A stretch of 64,000 bases of DNA from Mycobacteriales bacterium (GCA_040414495.1 JBEDUI010000071.1:425-64424), one strand, 5' to 3'; positions 43,302 through 53,445 are shown, counted from the stretch's first letter. The notes: a model not told the origin generated them from the sequence alone. Program-made: numbers and translations.

Positions 43302-43309
43302 CGGGCGGT
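43285..43309 (-). terminator. Hairpin terminator after small membrane protein
   Basis: ACCGCCCGAGT-GTG-ACTCGGGCGGT, 11-bp arms, weak U tail. Confidence 0.6.
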
Positions 43310-43324
43310 TCGGGTCGGAACGGA

Positions 43325-43498
43325 TCAGCGCAGGGCGAGTATCGCGGCAACCACGATCGCCACGACGAGCACGGCCAGCAACACCATCAGGAGCGGGCCG
43401 CGGCTGCCGCGAGATTGCTTGGCCTCGACCTCCTCGTCGGTGAAGCGGCGGAACATCTCCGTGTTGGCGATCGGATCCGAATCGTCGTGGGAGCTCAT
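43325..43498 (-). CDS. Small tail-anchored membrane protein
   Basis: 57 aa, DP.ANTEMFRRF motif followed by a single C-terminal TM helix. Confidence 0.7.
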   Translation of the reverse strand: MSSHDDSDPIANTEMFRRFTDEEVEAKQSRGSRGPLLMVLLAVLVVAIVVAAILALR

Positions 43499-43529
43499 GC
43501 AGGGCACTCTAGATCAGCACGCTGTGTCA

Positions 43530-44918
43530 TCACCCGGCAACTGGTGAATTCCGGATCAACCGAGACCATTCGGGCCCGGCCGACAGGCTGAACGCCGCGC
43601 CCAGCAGCGCGATGCCGGCGCAGACGCCGATCGCGGCGGCGAACCCGGTCGCGAACGTGGCGGGATTTGCGTACCCACCGGTCCCGGCGAACACCGCCAC
43701 CAGCAGCGCGATGCCGAAAACGCCGCCGACCTCGCGGACAGTGCTGTTCACCCCGGCCGCCTTGCCGACCGCGTCCGCTGGAACGGCCTGCAGTACGGCG
43801 CTCTGCGAGGCGGGAAACACCATCGAATTCCCGATCCCCCAGATCGTGAGCGGCACGATGAGATGCGTGTAGGCCAGGTGCGGACCGGCCATCATCGCGG
43901 TGCTGGCCATTGCGCCGGCGGACAACAACAGACCGGCGACCATGACCGCCCGCGGCCCGATCCGGTCGGCGAGCGTGCCAGCCAGCGGGGCGACCACCAT
44001 CATGGTCGCGGTCCATGGCAGCAGCCGCAGGCCGGCGCCGAACGGCCCGTAGTGCAGGACCGTCTGCAGGAATTGCGCCATCAGGAATACCGGGCCCAGT
44101 ACCGCGACGGCATGGCAGAACGACGCCGCATTGGCGGCCGCGAACTGCCGCGACCGGAAGTAGCCAAGGGGCAACAGGGGTTCTTTCGCCCGTCGTTCCC
44201 AGGCCAGGAATATGACCCCGAGCAACGCCCCGCCGGCCAAGCCGGCCACCACGTCCGGGCTGGTCCAGCTCGCGTCGTTCACCCGGACCAGCGCCCATAC
44301 GATCCCGAATACCGAACCGGTGCCCAACAGCAGACCAGGTACGTCCACTGTGGAATCCGGTCCAAAGCTCTCGTCGAAATGCCGCAGAACCAGGATTACG
44401 CCGGCGGCCCCGATCGGCACGTTGACCCAGAAGATCCATTGCCAGCTGGCGGTTTGGGTAATGGCGCCACCGACCAGCGGACCGGCCAGCGTGGTCAGCC
44501 CGGTCACGCCGCCGCAGATTCCGAGCGCCCGGCCACGCCGCTCGGGGCTGAATGCGGCGCTGATCAGGGCCAGGCCGAGCGGCAGTACGAGCGCCGCCCC
44601 GACGCCCTGCACCGTGCGGGCCGCGATCAGCCAGTTGATGGTGGGGGCTAGTGCGCACCCGGCCGAGGCCACGCTGAACGTGCCGAGCCCGATCGCGAAA
44701 ACGCGCTTACGCCCGAACCGGTCCCCCAACGCCGATGCGGCCAGCAACAGTACGGCGAAGGTCAGGCTGTACGCGGTCACCGTCCATTCCAGTTCGGAGA
44801 TATCGGCATGCAAACTGCGCCGAATCGTGGCGAGCGCGGTCGATACGGCCAGGATGTCCAACGCCACCATCAGCGACGCGATCGACGTCAACAACAGCAC
44901 CCACGTGCTTCGAGTCAT
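43530..44918 (-). CDS. DHA2 (EmrB/QacA) MFS efflux pump
   Basis: LGDRFGRKR motif A, ARTVQG.G motif B, W.WIFWVNVPIG, ~14 TM helices. Confidence 0.92.
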   Translation of the reverse strand: MTRSTWVLLLTSIASLMVALDILAVSTALATIRRSLHADISELEWTVTAYSLTFAVLLLAASALGDRFGRKRVFAIGLGTFSVASAGCALAPTINWLIAARTVQGVGAALVLPLGLALISAAFSPERRGRALGICGGVTGLTTLAGPLVGGAITQTASWQWIFWVNVPIGAAGVILVLRHFDESFGPDSTVDVPGLLLGTGSVFGIVWALVRVNDASWTSPDVVAGLAGGALLGVIFLAWERRAKEPLLPLGYFRSRQFAAANAASFCHAVAVLGPVFLMAQFLQTVLHYGPFGAGLRLLPWTATMMVVAPLAGTLADRIGPRAVMVAGLLLSAGAMASTAMMAGPHLAYTHLIVPLTIWGIGNSMVFPASQSAVLQAVPADAVGKAAGVNSTVREVGGVFGIALLVAVFAGTGGYANPATFATGFAAAIGVCAGIALLGAAFSLSAGPEWSRLIRNSPVAG

Positions 44919-44952
44919 TGTTGCACCGTAATACTATCTAGTCCTAAAGAAC

Positions 44953-44964
44953 AACTAATTAGTT
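44953..44964. promoter_or_regulatory. Palindromic operator between pump and HxlR regulator
   Basis: AACTAATTAGTT perfect palindrome in a 62-bp AT-rich divergent gap. Confidence 0.55.
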
Positions 44965-44980
44965 CTGGTATTGTCGGTGC

Positions 44981-45646
44981 ATGGCTAATCGCAGTTACGG
45001 CGAGGCGTGCGGGCTGGCCCACGCGCTGGACCTGGTCGGCGAGCGCTGGGCGCTGCTGGTCGTACGGGAGTTGGTGCTGGGACCGAAGCGGTTCACCGAC
45101 CTGCGCGCGGGCCTGGCCGGAGCCAGTCCGAACGTGTTGGCCCAGCGGTTGCGGGAGTTGGAGGAGGTCGGCGTGGTGCGGCGCCGCCGGCTCGCGTTGC
45201 CGGCCAGTTCGGCGGTGTACGAGCTGACCGAGTGGGGCCGTGAGCTGGAGCCGATCGTGCTGGCGCTGGGCACCTGGGGGTTACGTTCGTCCCTGATGGA
45301 CGGTTCCGGGGTTCGCAGCGTGGACTCGATGATGCTGGCTTTACGGACATATTTCGCGCCCTCGGAGGGATGGAACGCCACGTACGAACTGCGATTTGGC
45401 GCCGACCGACTGATGGTGCGCGTGCGTGGCAAGGCGCTGGAGGTGACCCGGGACAGCTACGGCGAGGCCGACGCGACGCTCGCCACCAACACCGACACGT
45501 TGGCTGAGCTGCTCGGTGCCGGCCGCAATCTGAAAAAGGCAGTGGCTAATGGCGCGGCCGAAGTGGACGGCGACCAGCGGGCTCTTCGTCAGTTGCTCGA
45601 TGCAATCGTCATTCCTGAGCCGGCGTCGGCGGCAAGTCGGCAATAG
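44981..45646 (+). CDS. HxlR winged-helix regulator with C-terminal SCP2-like domain
   Basis: Y...CG.A.ALDLVGERW.LLVVREL..GPKRF.DL, YELT.WG. Confidence 0.9.
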   Translation: MANRSYGEACGLAHALDLVGERWALLVVRELVLGPKRFTDLRAGLAGASPNVLAQRLRELEEVGVVRRRRLALPASSAVYELTEWGRELEPIVLALGTWGLRSSLMDGSGVRSVDSMMLALRTYFAPSEGWNATYELRFGADRLMVRVRGKALEVTRDSYGEADATLATNTDTLAELLGAGRNLKKAVANGAAEVDGDQRALRQLLDAIVIPEPASAASRQ

Positions 45647-46904
45647 CCGAAAGCGGCACCGGCGTACCGATAACCCGCCGTTGCAGGTCGCCGATCAGGC
45701 CGCGCATCCGCAGCACCTCGGTTAATGGCGGTCCGCAGACCCGGCCCTGGCAATAACCCATTCCGCACCGGCTCAAGGCTTTTACCGCCCGGGCATCGAC
45801 CGCGCCGGCTTCGAGCGCGGCCTCAATGCCGGCCCACGGCGTCTCCTCGCAGCGACAGAACACCGTGTCCGGCTCGAGCCAATCCACCCAACCATCCCGG
45901 CGCGGATACAGCCGGGGCAATAGCTGAGCGAATTGCCGTTCCCGCGCCGGTACCTGGGCATTATCGGAGGGTTTGTGGCCGAGGTACCGCGCGGCGGCCA
46001 GGCCCGCGACCCGCCCTTCGGCCTCGGCCAACCGCACCCCGCCGATCCCGGTCGTCTCGCCGGCCACGAATACGCCAGGGATGTCGGTGGCCTGCCGGTC
46101 GTCGTGCCACACCGCCCCGCCGGCCTCGCGGCAACCCAGCGCCCGCGGCAGTTCCAGCGCCGGCACAAACCCGAACGAGACGCAGACCGCGTCCACCGCG
46201 AGCGTCCGTTCGGTCCCCGGCACCGGCCGCCAGTCCCGGCCGAGGCGGCTGACCACGATCCGTTCGACATGATCGCCACCCAGGCAGGCCGTGACCGCGT
46301 GCCCGGTCCTCATCCGGATTCCCTTACCGGACAGGGTTTTCAGGTAGCCGGCGGCCTCGGTCAGCTTACGGCCATGGCGGGCGGCGGCCAGCGCGCCGGT
46401 GTGAAACCGGGTCGCCTCGAACAGGCCGGCCACGTCCGCTCCGGCGGTCGCCAAGCCGGCCGCGACCGGCAGCAGAAACGGACCGGACCCTGCCACGACG
46501 ACCCGCCGGCCGATCAGGGTGTCCTGCCCCTTGAGCAGGGCCTGGGCCGCACCCGCGGTCACCACGCCGGGCAGGTCCCAGCCCGGGAATGGGAAAGTCA
46601 ATTCGGTCGCGCCGGTGGCGATGATGATGGCCGGCGCATTGATACGGCCGCTGGTCAGATGAAATGTACGGTCGTACACACCCCACACCGGCGCGCCCAG
46701 TCGCAGTTCGATATTGGGATGGTCGGTGGCCCGGGCGAGGTGATGTGGCAACGTTCCCGGTGTGAGATCTGACTGCCGATAGTACTGCCCGCCGACCGTA
46801 CGGTTGCCGTCAACGAGCGTCACCGCCACACCGGCGTCGGCGGCGGCCAGCGCGGCCGACAGCCCGGCCGGTCCGGCCCCGATTACGACGAGTTCAGTCG
46901 ACAT
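45609..46904 (-). CDS. FAD/NAD oxidoreductase with BFD-like [2Fe-2S] tail (alpha subunit of D-hydroxyproline dehydrogenase/HcnB family)
   Basis: VIGAGPAGL, ATGA.E..PFPGW.LPGV, AGSGP, CRCEE, K...RCGMG.CQGR.C. Confidence 0.85.
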   Translation of the reverse strand: MSTELVVIGAGPAGLSAALAAADAGVAVTLVDGNRTVGGQYYRQSDLTPGTLPHHLARATDHPNIELRLGAPVWGVYDRTFHLTSGRINAPAIIIATGATELTFPFPGWDLPGVVTAGAAQALLKGQDTLIGRRVVVAGSGPFLLPVAAGLATAGADVAGLFEATRFHTGALAAARHGRKLTEAAGYLKTLSGKGIRMRTGHAVTACLGGDHVERIVVSRLGRDWRPVPGTERTLAVDAVCVSFGFVPALELPRALGCREAGGAVWHDDRQATDIPGVFVAGETTGIGGVRLAEAEGRVAGLAAARYLGHKPSDNAQVPARERQFAQLLPRLYPRRDGWVDWLEPDTVFCRCEETPWAGIEAALEAGAVDARAVKALSRCGMGYCQGRVCGPPLTEVLRMRGLIGDLQRRVIGTPVPLSAIADLPPTPAQE

Positions 46905-47154
46905 GTGGGCCGCCCCGGGAATCGGAGGTACGGACGTCATCACCGTCGTGCAGTGGCGTCAGGCAGGAGCGAATGGCCCGTTGATCACCCACGTCGACCA
47001 GACAGTCGTAACAATTGCCGATACCGCAAAATATCCCGCGCGGTCTTCCCGATTGAGTACGCCGCCAGGATTTCACACCGCAGCGCAGCAAGGCGGCCGC
47101 GATCGTGGATCCGGCTGGGGCGGTCAAAGATTGGCCGTCAAAGGTGAATCGCAT
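46894..47154 (-). CDS. [2Fe-2S] subunit (HcnA/D-Hyp dehydrogenase gamma type)
   Basis: G.TIAAAL, R.T..GRPRGIFCGIGNCYDCLV, RSCL. Confidence 0.88.
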   Translation of the reverse strand: MRFTFDGQSLTAPAGSTIAAALLRCGVKSWRRTQSGRPRGIFCGIGNCYDCLVDVGDQRAIRSCLTPLHDGDDVRTSDSRGGPHVD

Positions 47155-48287
47155 CAAGCCGCCCTGGCCGATGTAGCGAATCGAGCCGGCGAATACGGCG
47201 TGGGATCAATCGGAGGTACGGAGCCGGCAATCTGCGCGGTGATCAACTCGGCCGTCACGGGCGCCAGCCCGATGCCGGCGCCCTCGTGTCCGGTAGCCAG
47301 GAAAAGCCCGTCGATACGCGGATCCGGCCCGATCAACGGGACACCGTCCGGGCTCGCCGGCCGGAATCCGTGGTACGTCCGCATCGCCCGTACCGTATGC
47401 AATGCGGGAAAGAGCCGGATCGCGCGCCGGGCCAATTCGGCCATTTTCCCCGGCTGCACCGACGAATCGAAACCGACGAAATCCCGGCTTGACCCGATCA
47501 ACACGGTGCCGCTGGCCGTACCTTCGACCACAGTGGAGAATGCCGTTCCCGCACCGGTAATCGTGGAAACGTAATCGGCCTCGTAAACCTTGTGCCGGAT
47601 CAACCGGTGCACCGGCTCGGTCACCAGAATGTCGCCGCGCCGGGGCCGGACCGGCGCCTCCGTTCCGAGTAACCGGGCCACCTCCCCCGACCACGGCCCG
47701 GCCGCCAGCACCGCGGCCGGCGTACTCACCTCGCCCCGGCTGGTTCGAATCCCGCTCAGCGATCCACCCGACACGACACACCCGGTGACCGCCGTCTGAT
47801 TGACGAGGGTGATATCGGCCAAATAAGAAGCCGCCGCGGCCATAGGAAAAACCTGCGCGTCCTGCGGATACCTGATTCCGCCGCATATGTCCTCGGCCAG
47901 CAATGGCTCAATGTCCCGGACATTATCCACGTGCTCAATCGTTACGCCTTGCTGTTCCTGCTTCCGTGCCAACTCCCGCAACGCCGCCAATTCGGCATCG
48001 GTCCAGGCGACGACCAAGCCGCCTTTCTCCTCGAATTCGACCTCGCGTTCACGGCCGAATTGCCGCCACAATTCGTTACTGCGCATCGCCAGCGCCAATT
48101 CGGCGCCAGGCATCTTGTCCGAAAGCAGAATGTTGCCCTCACCCGAGGCGGTGGTGCCGCCGACCACACCGGTCCGCTCGATCACGCAGACCCGCAGCCC
48201 GGCCTTGTTCAACGCAGCCGCGGTGGCGCACCCGACCAGACCGGCGCCGATCACCACGACATCAGCGGTCCGCGGCAGGTCAGCCAT
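47154..48287 (-). CDS. DadA/DAO-family FAD oxidoreductase (D-Hyp dehydrogenase beta/HcnC family)
   Basis: VVVIGAGLVG, GTT..GEGNIL.SDK, GFRP.SPD..P.IG, ATGHEGAGIGLAP. Confidence 0.85.
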   Translation of the reverse strand: MADLPRTADVVVIGAGLVGCATAAALNKAGLRVCVIERTGVVGGTTASGEGNILLSDKMPGAELALAMRSNELWRQFGREREVEFEEKGGLVVAWTDAELAALRELARKQEQQGVTIEHVDNVRDIEPLLAEDICGGIRYPQDAQVFPMAAAASYLADITLVNQTAVTGCVVSGGSLSGIRTSRGEVSTPAAVLAAGPWSGEVARLLGTEAPVRPRRGDILVTEPVHRLIRHKVYEADYVSTITGAGTAFSTVVEGTASGTVLIGSSRDFVGFDSSVQPGKMAELARRAIRLFPALHTVRAMRTYHGFRPASPDGVPLIGPDPRIDGLFLATGHEGAGIGLAPVTAELITAQIAGSVPPIDPTPYSPARFATSARAA

Positions 48288-49177
48288 CAGTACCCAGCCT
48301 GCAACGCCGTCCGGGCCGCCTTACGCACCTCACTCTCCACCTGCGCCGGCAGCGGCAATCGCGGCAGCCGCACCGGACCGCCGTACCGACCGGCCTCCTC
48401 CTGCGCCACCTTGATCGCCTGGACGAAGATCGGATCGGCGTCGTAGCGCAGGATCGGCAGCATCTGCCGGTACAGCGCGACCGCGCCGGTCCAGTCCCCC
48501 GCCGCCGCCATTCGGTGCAACGCCACCGACTGGGCCGGGAATGCGTTGACAAAGCCGGCGATCCAGCCGGTCGCGCCGGTCAGCATCGTTTCAACGAATA
48601 CGTCGTCGCAGCCGCAGATGATTTCCAGTCGCGGCGCCACCTCGCGCAACCGCGGCACCCGGCGCGCGTCCTGCGAGAACTCCTTGACCGCCACCACGAG
48701 TTCGACTTCGCTCGTGACCCGGGCCAGCAGCTCGGGGGTCAGGTCGACCCGGGTCGAATACGGGTTGTTGTAGGCGATGATCGGCAGACCGGCCTTGGCC
48801 ACCTCGGCAAAATGGGCGACGGTCTCCTCAGCAGTCGGCGCGTGCGAGGTCGGTGGCAGGCACATCACGGCCCGAACGCCCCATTCGGCCGCCTGTTCGG
48901 CCCAGCGCCGCGCCTCCGGTCCCGATTTCCCCGATACGCCAGGGACCACCTGCTCCGGTCTGTCCACTGAGTCCAGTGCGGTTCGCAGTACGGTCCCACG
49001 CTCGGTCTCGGTCAACGCCTCGTATTCGCCGAGTGATCCATTGGGGACAACGCCGGCGACGCCTTCATCGATCAGCCACCGGCAGTGCTCGGCGTACCGG
49101 TCCACGGCCAACGAGCCGTCCTCGGCAAAGGGGGTCGCGGTCGCCGCGTAAACACCGGGGAATCGAATTTCCGACAC
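48287..49177 (-). CDS. DapA-family protein, likely delta1-pyrroline-4-hydroxy-2-carboxylate deaminase
   Basis: PNGSLGEY (GSLGE instead of the DapA GTTGE), YNNP, VKEFS.D, GW.AG..NA.P, FVQAIK; start could be 49201. Confidence 0.75.
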   Translation of the reverse strand: MSEIRFPGVYAATATPFAEDGSLAVDRYAEHCRWLIDEGVAGVVPNGSLGEYEALTETERGTVLRTALDSVDRPEQVVPGVSGKSGPEARRWAEQAAEWGVRAVMCLPPTSHAPTAEETVAHFAEVAKAGLPIIAYNNPYSTRVDLTPELLARVTSEVELVVAVKEFSQDARRVPRLREVAPRLEIICGCDDVFVETMLTGATGWIAGFVNAFPAQSVALHRMAAAGDWTGAVALYRQMLPILRYDADPIFVQAIKVAQEEAGRYGGPVRLPRLPLPAQVESEVRKAARTALQAGY

Positions 49178-49338
49178 CTGCTCGTCGCCTCTCTCCGTCA
49201 TTCCAGCCATTCTCGGCCGGGGCGCTACGACAGGTGTCGGATTTCGCACCCGCTCTTTCCGACACTTCACGGTCCGGACCGCGACTAGCGTCCAACGGCC
49301 AAGCACTCCACTGCACCCTACAACGCTCGGAGTTGTCC

Positions 49339-51186
49339 ATGACGGTAGGAAGTCCCGGTCCGGCCGCACCAACCGACTCGGCCGTGGCCGCACTGCGGCC
49401 GCTGGCGGACATGAACCTGCACGAGGCCGGATTTCTCGGCCGGTGGCAACGGGTTAACGTCGAGACCACGATCCCCCGCTGCGTCGACAACCTCTACACC
49501 GCCGGCAGCATCAACAACCTGCGCTCGGTGCGCGACCGGTCTATCGAGCTGACGCCGCCGCGGTTCAGCGACTCCGATCTGTACAAAACACTCGAAGCCT
49601 GCGGTTGGGCCGCGGGAACGACATATCAGGCCAAGATCAACGGATTTCTGGACGAGGCGTTGGACCTGCTCCGGGCGGTGCAGGAACCGGACGGCTACCT
49701 GAACTCGTGGATGCAGCGCGGCGACCGTACCCGGTTTGCCGACCTCTCCCACGGCCACGAGATGTACTGCGCCGGGCACCTCATCCAGGCCGGAATCGCC
49801 TACGCCAGGGCCACCGGCGACCGCCGCCTGCTGGAAATCGGCGCGAAATTCGCCGACCTGCTCTATTCCGTTTTCGCGCCGGACGGGCACGCCGGCGTGC
49901 CCGGACACCCCGAGATCGAGACCGCGTTGGTCGAGCTGTACCGGGCCACCGGCGAGCAGCGGTATCTCACCCTGGCCGGGCTTTTCGTCGACCGACGCGG
50001 GCACCGAACCCTGGATACGTCGGTGACGCCGAGCGAGTATTTCCAGGACCACCTGCCGCTACGGGAAAACCGGCACATTGTCGGGCACGCGGTTCGTGCG
50101 ACCTACCTCGCCGCCGGGGCCACCGACGTCGCGGTGGAAACCGGCGACACCGAATTGTTGGCCGCCATGCAGGCGCTGTGGACCGACATGGTGGAAACGA
50201 AGATGTATCCCAGCGGCGGGATCGGCGCACGGCCTCACGGTGAGGCTTTTGGCGATGCGTACGAATTGCCGCCGGATCAGGCCTACGCCGAAACGTGCGC
50301 CGCCATCGCCAGCTTCATGTGGTCGTGGCGGTTGCTGTTGGCCACCGGGGATGGCAGATACGCCGAAGTCATGGAACGCACGCTGTACAACGGGATTGCC
50401 TGCTCGATCTCCCGGTCCGGAGCGGAATTCTTTTACGTCAACCCGCTGCAGTTGCGCTCTCGTGAATTCCGGGCCGCCGGTACGCAGGGCACGCGGGTGC
50501 CGTGGTTCGGCTGTGCCTGCTGTCCGCCGAACGTGGCCCGACTGGTGGCGTCGTTGGGTAGCTATTTGGCCACCGGCGATGCCGAGAGCGTGCAATTGCA
50601 TTTGTACGCCGCCGGGTCATTGCGCGTCGGCGACTCGATCGGATTGGTCGTCCGCACCGGATATCCGGCCGACGGCGCTGTGCACATCACGGTCACCGAA
50701 GGGGCGGCGGAGTGGACCCTCAGCCTGCGCATTCCACAGTGGAGCACCGCAGCCAGGATCACCGTCAACGGGACCGAGGTTCGGGCCGGGCGCAATGAAC
50801 TCGGCTATGCGGTGGTGCGCAGGCGGTGGCAGGTCGGCGACACCGTCAGTGTGGAATTCGACCTCGAGCCGCGCGTCGTCCGACCGGACAAGCGGGTCGA
50901 CGCGGCTCGTGGTTGCGCCACAGTGGAGCGTGGGCCACTGCTGTACTGCCTGGAGGAAATCGACCAGCCGGCCGGCGTTTTCGAGGATCTGCGGCTCGAC
51001 CCGGCCGGACCGATTGTCCCGGTGCCGGCCCATCCGGATCTCGTTGAGGGAACGGTCGCACTGCGGCTCGGCGGCAGCCGGGCCGGTGTGCCGGTCGAAT
51101 TGACCGCGATTCCGTATCACCAGTGGGCCAATCGCGGCGATGCCGCAATGCGGGCGTGGATACCGATAAGCGAGGAGTCGCTATGA
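49339..51186 (+). CDS. GH127 beta-L-arabinofuranosidase-like glycoside hydrolase (no signal peptide)
   Basis: FSDSD.YK..EA, HEMYCAGH, GHPEIE.AL, GHAVR, GEAF, YAETCA, WFGCACCPPN, RGPL.YC.E, IPY..WANRG. Confidence 0.92.
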   Translation: MTVGSPGPAAPTDSAVAALRPLADMNLHEAGFLGRWQRVNVETTIPRCVDNLYTAGSINNLRSVRDRSIELTPPRFSDSDLYKTLEACGWAAGTTYQAKINGFLDEALDLLRAVQEPDGYLNSWMQRGDRTRFADLSHGHEMYCAGHLIQAGIAYARATGDRRLLEIGAKFADLLYSVFAPDGHAGVPGHPEIETALVELYRATGEQRYLTLAGLFVDRRGHRTLDTSVTPSEYFQDHLPLRENRHIVGHAVRATYLAAGATDVAVETGDTELLAAMQALWTDMVETKMYPSGGIGARPHGEAFGDAYELPPDQAYAETCAAIASFMWSWRLLLATGDGRYAEVMERTLYNGIACSISRSGAEFFYVNPLQLRSREFRAAGTQGTRVPWFGCACCPPNVARLVASLGSYLATGDAESVQLHLYAAGSLRVGDSIGLVVRTGYPADGAVHITVTEGAAEWTLSLRIPQWSTAARITVNGTEVRAGRNELGYAVVRRRWQVGDTVSVEFDLEPRVVRPDKRVDAARGCATVERGPLLYCLEEIDQPAGVFEDLRLDPAGPIVPVPAHPDLVEGTVALRLGGSRAGVPVELTAIPYHQWANRGDAAMRAWIPISEESL

Positions 51187-52529
51187 CAGCGTTGAGCCGC
51201 AGGAACGCGCTGAAGGCGGGCGGTGCACTGGCCCTCGGCGCCGGGATTTCCGCCTGCGGAGGCGGATCGGGTTCGAATCAGCTCAGCTTCATGTACTGGG
51301 GCTCCTCGTTCGAGCAGAAGGCCGTGCAGCAGATGCTGCAGACCTTCACCAAGGAAAAGCACATCCCCACCAAACCCATTTACGTACCGGGCGATTACGA
51401 GACCAAGGTCAACACGTTGGTGGCCAGCCATTCCACCCCGGACGTCGCCTACATGGGCGCGGCCATGGCCTACCGGTTGGCGCAGCAGGGCAAGCTGGTC
51501 AACCTCTATCCGTATTTCAGCAAGTACACGTCGCTCTCGGACCGGCTGCCCCAGACGTATTTCTGGTACGGGAAGAACAAGTCGTTCGGCATTCAGACCG
51601 CCAACGAGATCATGGTCACCTGGTACAACAAGAAGGCCTTCAAGGACGCCGGAGCGAAAATGCCTCCGGCTAACGCCGACAAAGCCTGGTCCTGGCACGA
51701 TTTCATCCAGGCGGCGGCCAAGGTGACGGTCGACGAGAACGGCAACCGGGCCGACCAAAGCTCCTTCGATCACACCAAACCCAAGCAGTTCGGCGTCTCC
51801 TTCGACATGACGTACCAGGGCGTCTGGTACCCGATGCTGCTCAGCAATGGCGGCGACGTCTTCGACAAGGCCGGCCGCAAGTGCACATTGGACTCGCCCG
51901 AGTCGATCGAGGTATTCCAGAACTTCCAGGACCTGATGTACAAGCACCACGTCGCACCCAGCCCGTCGCAACTGGGCAACAACGCACCCACCACCCAGGT
52001 CCAATTGCAGACCAGCCGGATGGCGATGGTGATCGACGGGCAGTGGTCACTGCTGGACATCGCGGCCGCCGGGGTCGACTACGGCATCGGCGTGCTACCG
52101 AAATACCAGAAGCCGTTCACGATTTCGCTCAGCGGCGCCTCGGTCATGTTTTCGGCGACCAAGCACAAGAAGGACGCGCTGGAGCTTTACCTGTTCCACA
52201 ACGATCCGGCCCACGTCGACCTGTTCAAGGACGGATTGTGGATGCCGACGATCAAGGGCTATTACACCGACCCGAAACTGATCGACTCCTGGATCAAGAA
52301 CAAGGCCCACCCACCGGAATACAAGACCGCCGTCGTCGACTACACGTTGAATCACAGCGTCACCGACTGGAATCAGCTGGCCAAGAACGACGACAACATC
52401 AACGAGCTGCTCACGCCAGCGCTGCAGCAGATAGCGACCGGAAAGACTCCGGCCAAGGACGTTCTGAAAACTGTCGCGCCGAAGATCACCGCGCGGCTGC
52501 AGGGCTGGTATCCAACTCAGGCCGTTTGA
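51183..52529 (+). CDS. Carbohydrate ABC substrate-binding lipoprotein, Tat signal
   Basis: LSRRNALK twin-arginine, ISAC lipobox, PDV, WYNK..F..AG. Confidence 0.9.
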   Translation: MTALSRRNALKAGGALALGAGISACGGGSGSNQLSFMYWGSSFEQKAVQQMLQTFTKEKHIPTKPIYVPGDYETKVNTLVASHSTPDVAYMGAAMAYRLAQQGKLVNLYPYFSKYTSLSDRLPQTYFWYGKNKSFGIQTANEIMVTWYNKKAFKDAGAKMPPANADKAWSWHDFIQAAAKVTVDENGNRADQSSFDHTKPKQFGVSFDMTYQGVWYPMLLSNGGDVFDKAGRKCTLDSPESIEVFQNFQDLMYKHHVAPSPSQLGNNAPTTQVQLQTSRMAMVIDGQWSLLDIAAAGVDYGIGVLPKYQKPFTISLSGASVMFSATKHKKDALELYLFHNDPAHVDLFKDGLWMPTIKGYYTDPKLIDSWIKNKAHPPEYKTAVVDYTLNHSVTDWNQLAKNDDNINELLTPALQQIATGKTPAKDVLKTVAPKITARLQGWYPTQAV

Positions 52530-52542
52530 TTGAGGATCTGCC

Positions 52543-53445
52543 ATGCGCAAAGCACGCGGATTGGGCCGCAGTGAGCAGCGTTGGGGCCTGATCATGGCGG
52601 CGCCGGCGATACTGGGATTCGCCGTCTTCACATTGGTCCCGATGATCGCGTCGCTCTTCTTTTCCTTTACTGACTGGACAATCGGCGGCAGCTTCTCCTT
52701 CACCGGCCTGGCCAACTACCGGCACATGTTCGGCGACGACCCATTGTTCTACAAATCGCTGACGGTCACGCTGTATTACACGCTCGGGTCAGTGCCGCTG
52801 ATCCTCATCGTCGGCTTTCTCGCCGCGATGTTGCTCAATCAGAACGTGCGCGGCAAATCGGCCTTCCGCACGATCTATTACCTGCCGACGTTGGTGCCGA
52901 GCGTGGCCAGCGCGGTGCTGTGGATCTGGATCTTCAACCCGGATGTGGGCCTGCTCAACTCGATACTGAAGAACGTCGGACTGCCCGGCAGCAAATGGAT
53001 CTACGACTCCTCCACCGCCGTACCGTCGCTGATCCTGATGAGCACGTGGGGTTTCGGCAATGCCGCCGTCATCTTTCTGGCCGGCCTGCAGGGCGTGCCG
53101 CGGCAGCTCTACGAGGCCGTGGCGATCGACGGCGGCGGGGCGTGGCGCAAATTCCGGCACGTCACGTTGCCGATGATGACCCCGACGATCTTTTACAACC
53201 TGGTCACCGGCGTCATCGGGACTTTCCAGGTATTCAACCAGGCCTTCGTGATGACGCAGGGCGGGCCCAACAATTCCACCGAATTCTATATCTACTACCT
53301 CTACCAGACGGCGTTCACCAAGAGCGAGATGGGTTATGCCAGCGCGCTGGCGTGGGTGCTGTTCGTCATCGTGCTGATCGTCACCCTGCTGCTCTTTCGC
53401 AACGCCCGCCGGTGGGTCTACTACGAAGTGGGTGCCGCCCGATGA
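52543..53445 (+). CDS. Carbohydrate ABC permease
   Basis: FRTIYYLP, LAGLQGVPRQLYEAV.IDG EAA loop, MGYASA. Confidence 0.92.
   Translation: MRKARGLGRSEQRWGLIMAAPAILGFAVFTLVPMIASLFFSFTDWTIGGSFSFTGLANYRHMFGDDPLFYKSLTVTLYYTLGSVPLILIVGFLAAMLLNQNVRGKSAFRTIYYLPTLVPSVASAVLWIWIFNPDVGLLNSILKNVGLPGSKWIYDSSTAVPSLILMSTWGFGNAAVIFLAGLQGVPRQLYEAVAIDGGGAWRKFRHVTLPMMTPTIFYNLVTGVIGTFQVFNQAFVMTQGGPNNSTEFYIYYLYQTAFTKSEMGYASALAWVLFVIVLIVTLLLFRNARRWVYYEVGAAR

Noticed and set aside
45609-48287. Hydrogen cyanide synthase (hcnABC) or opine oxidase call
   Set aside because: Same protein families, but the coupled GSLGE-type DapA-like deaminase favours hydroxyproline-type catabolism; not excluded biochemically.
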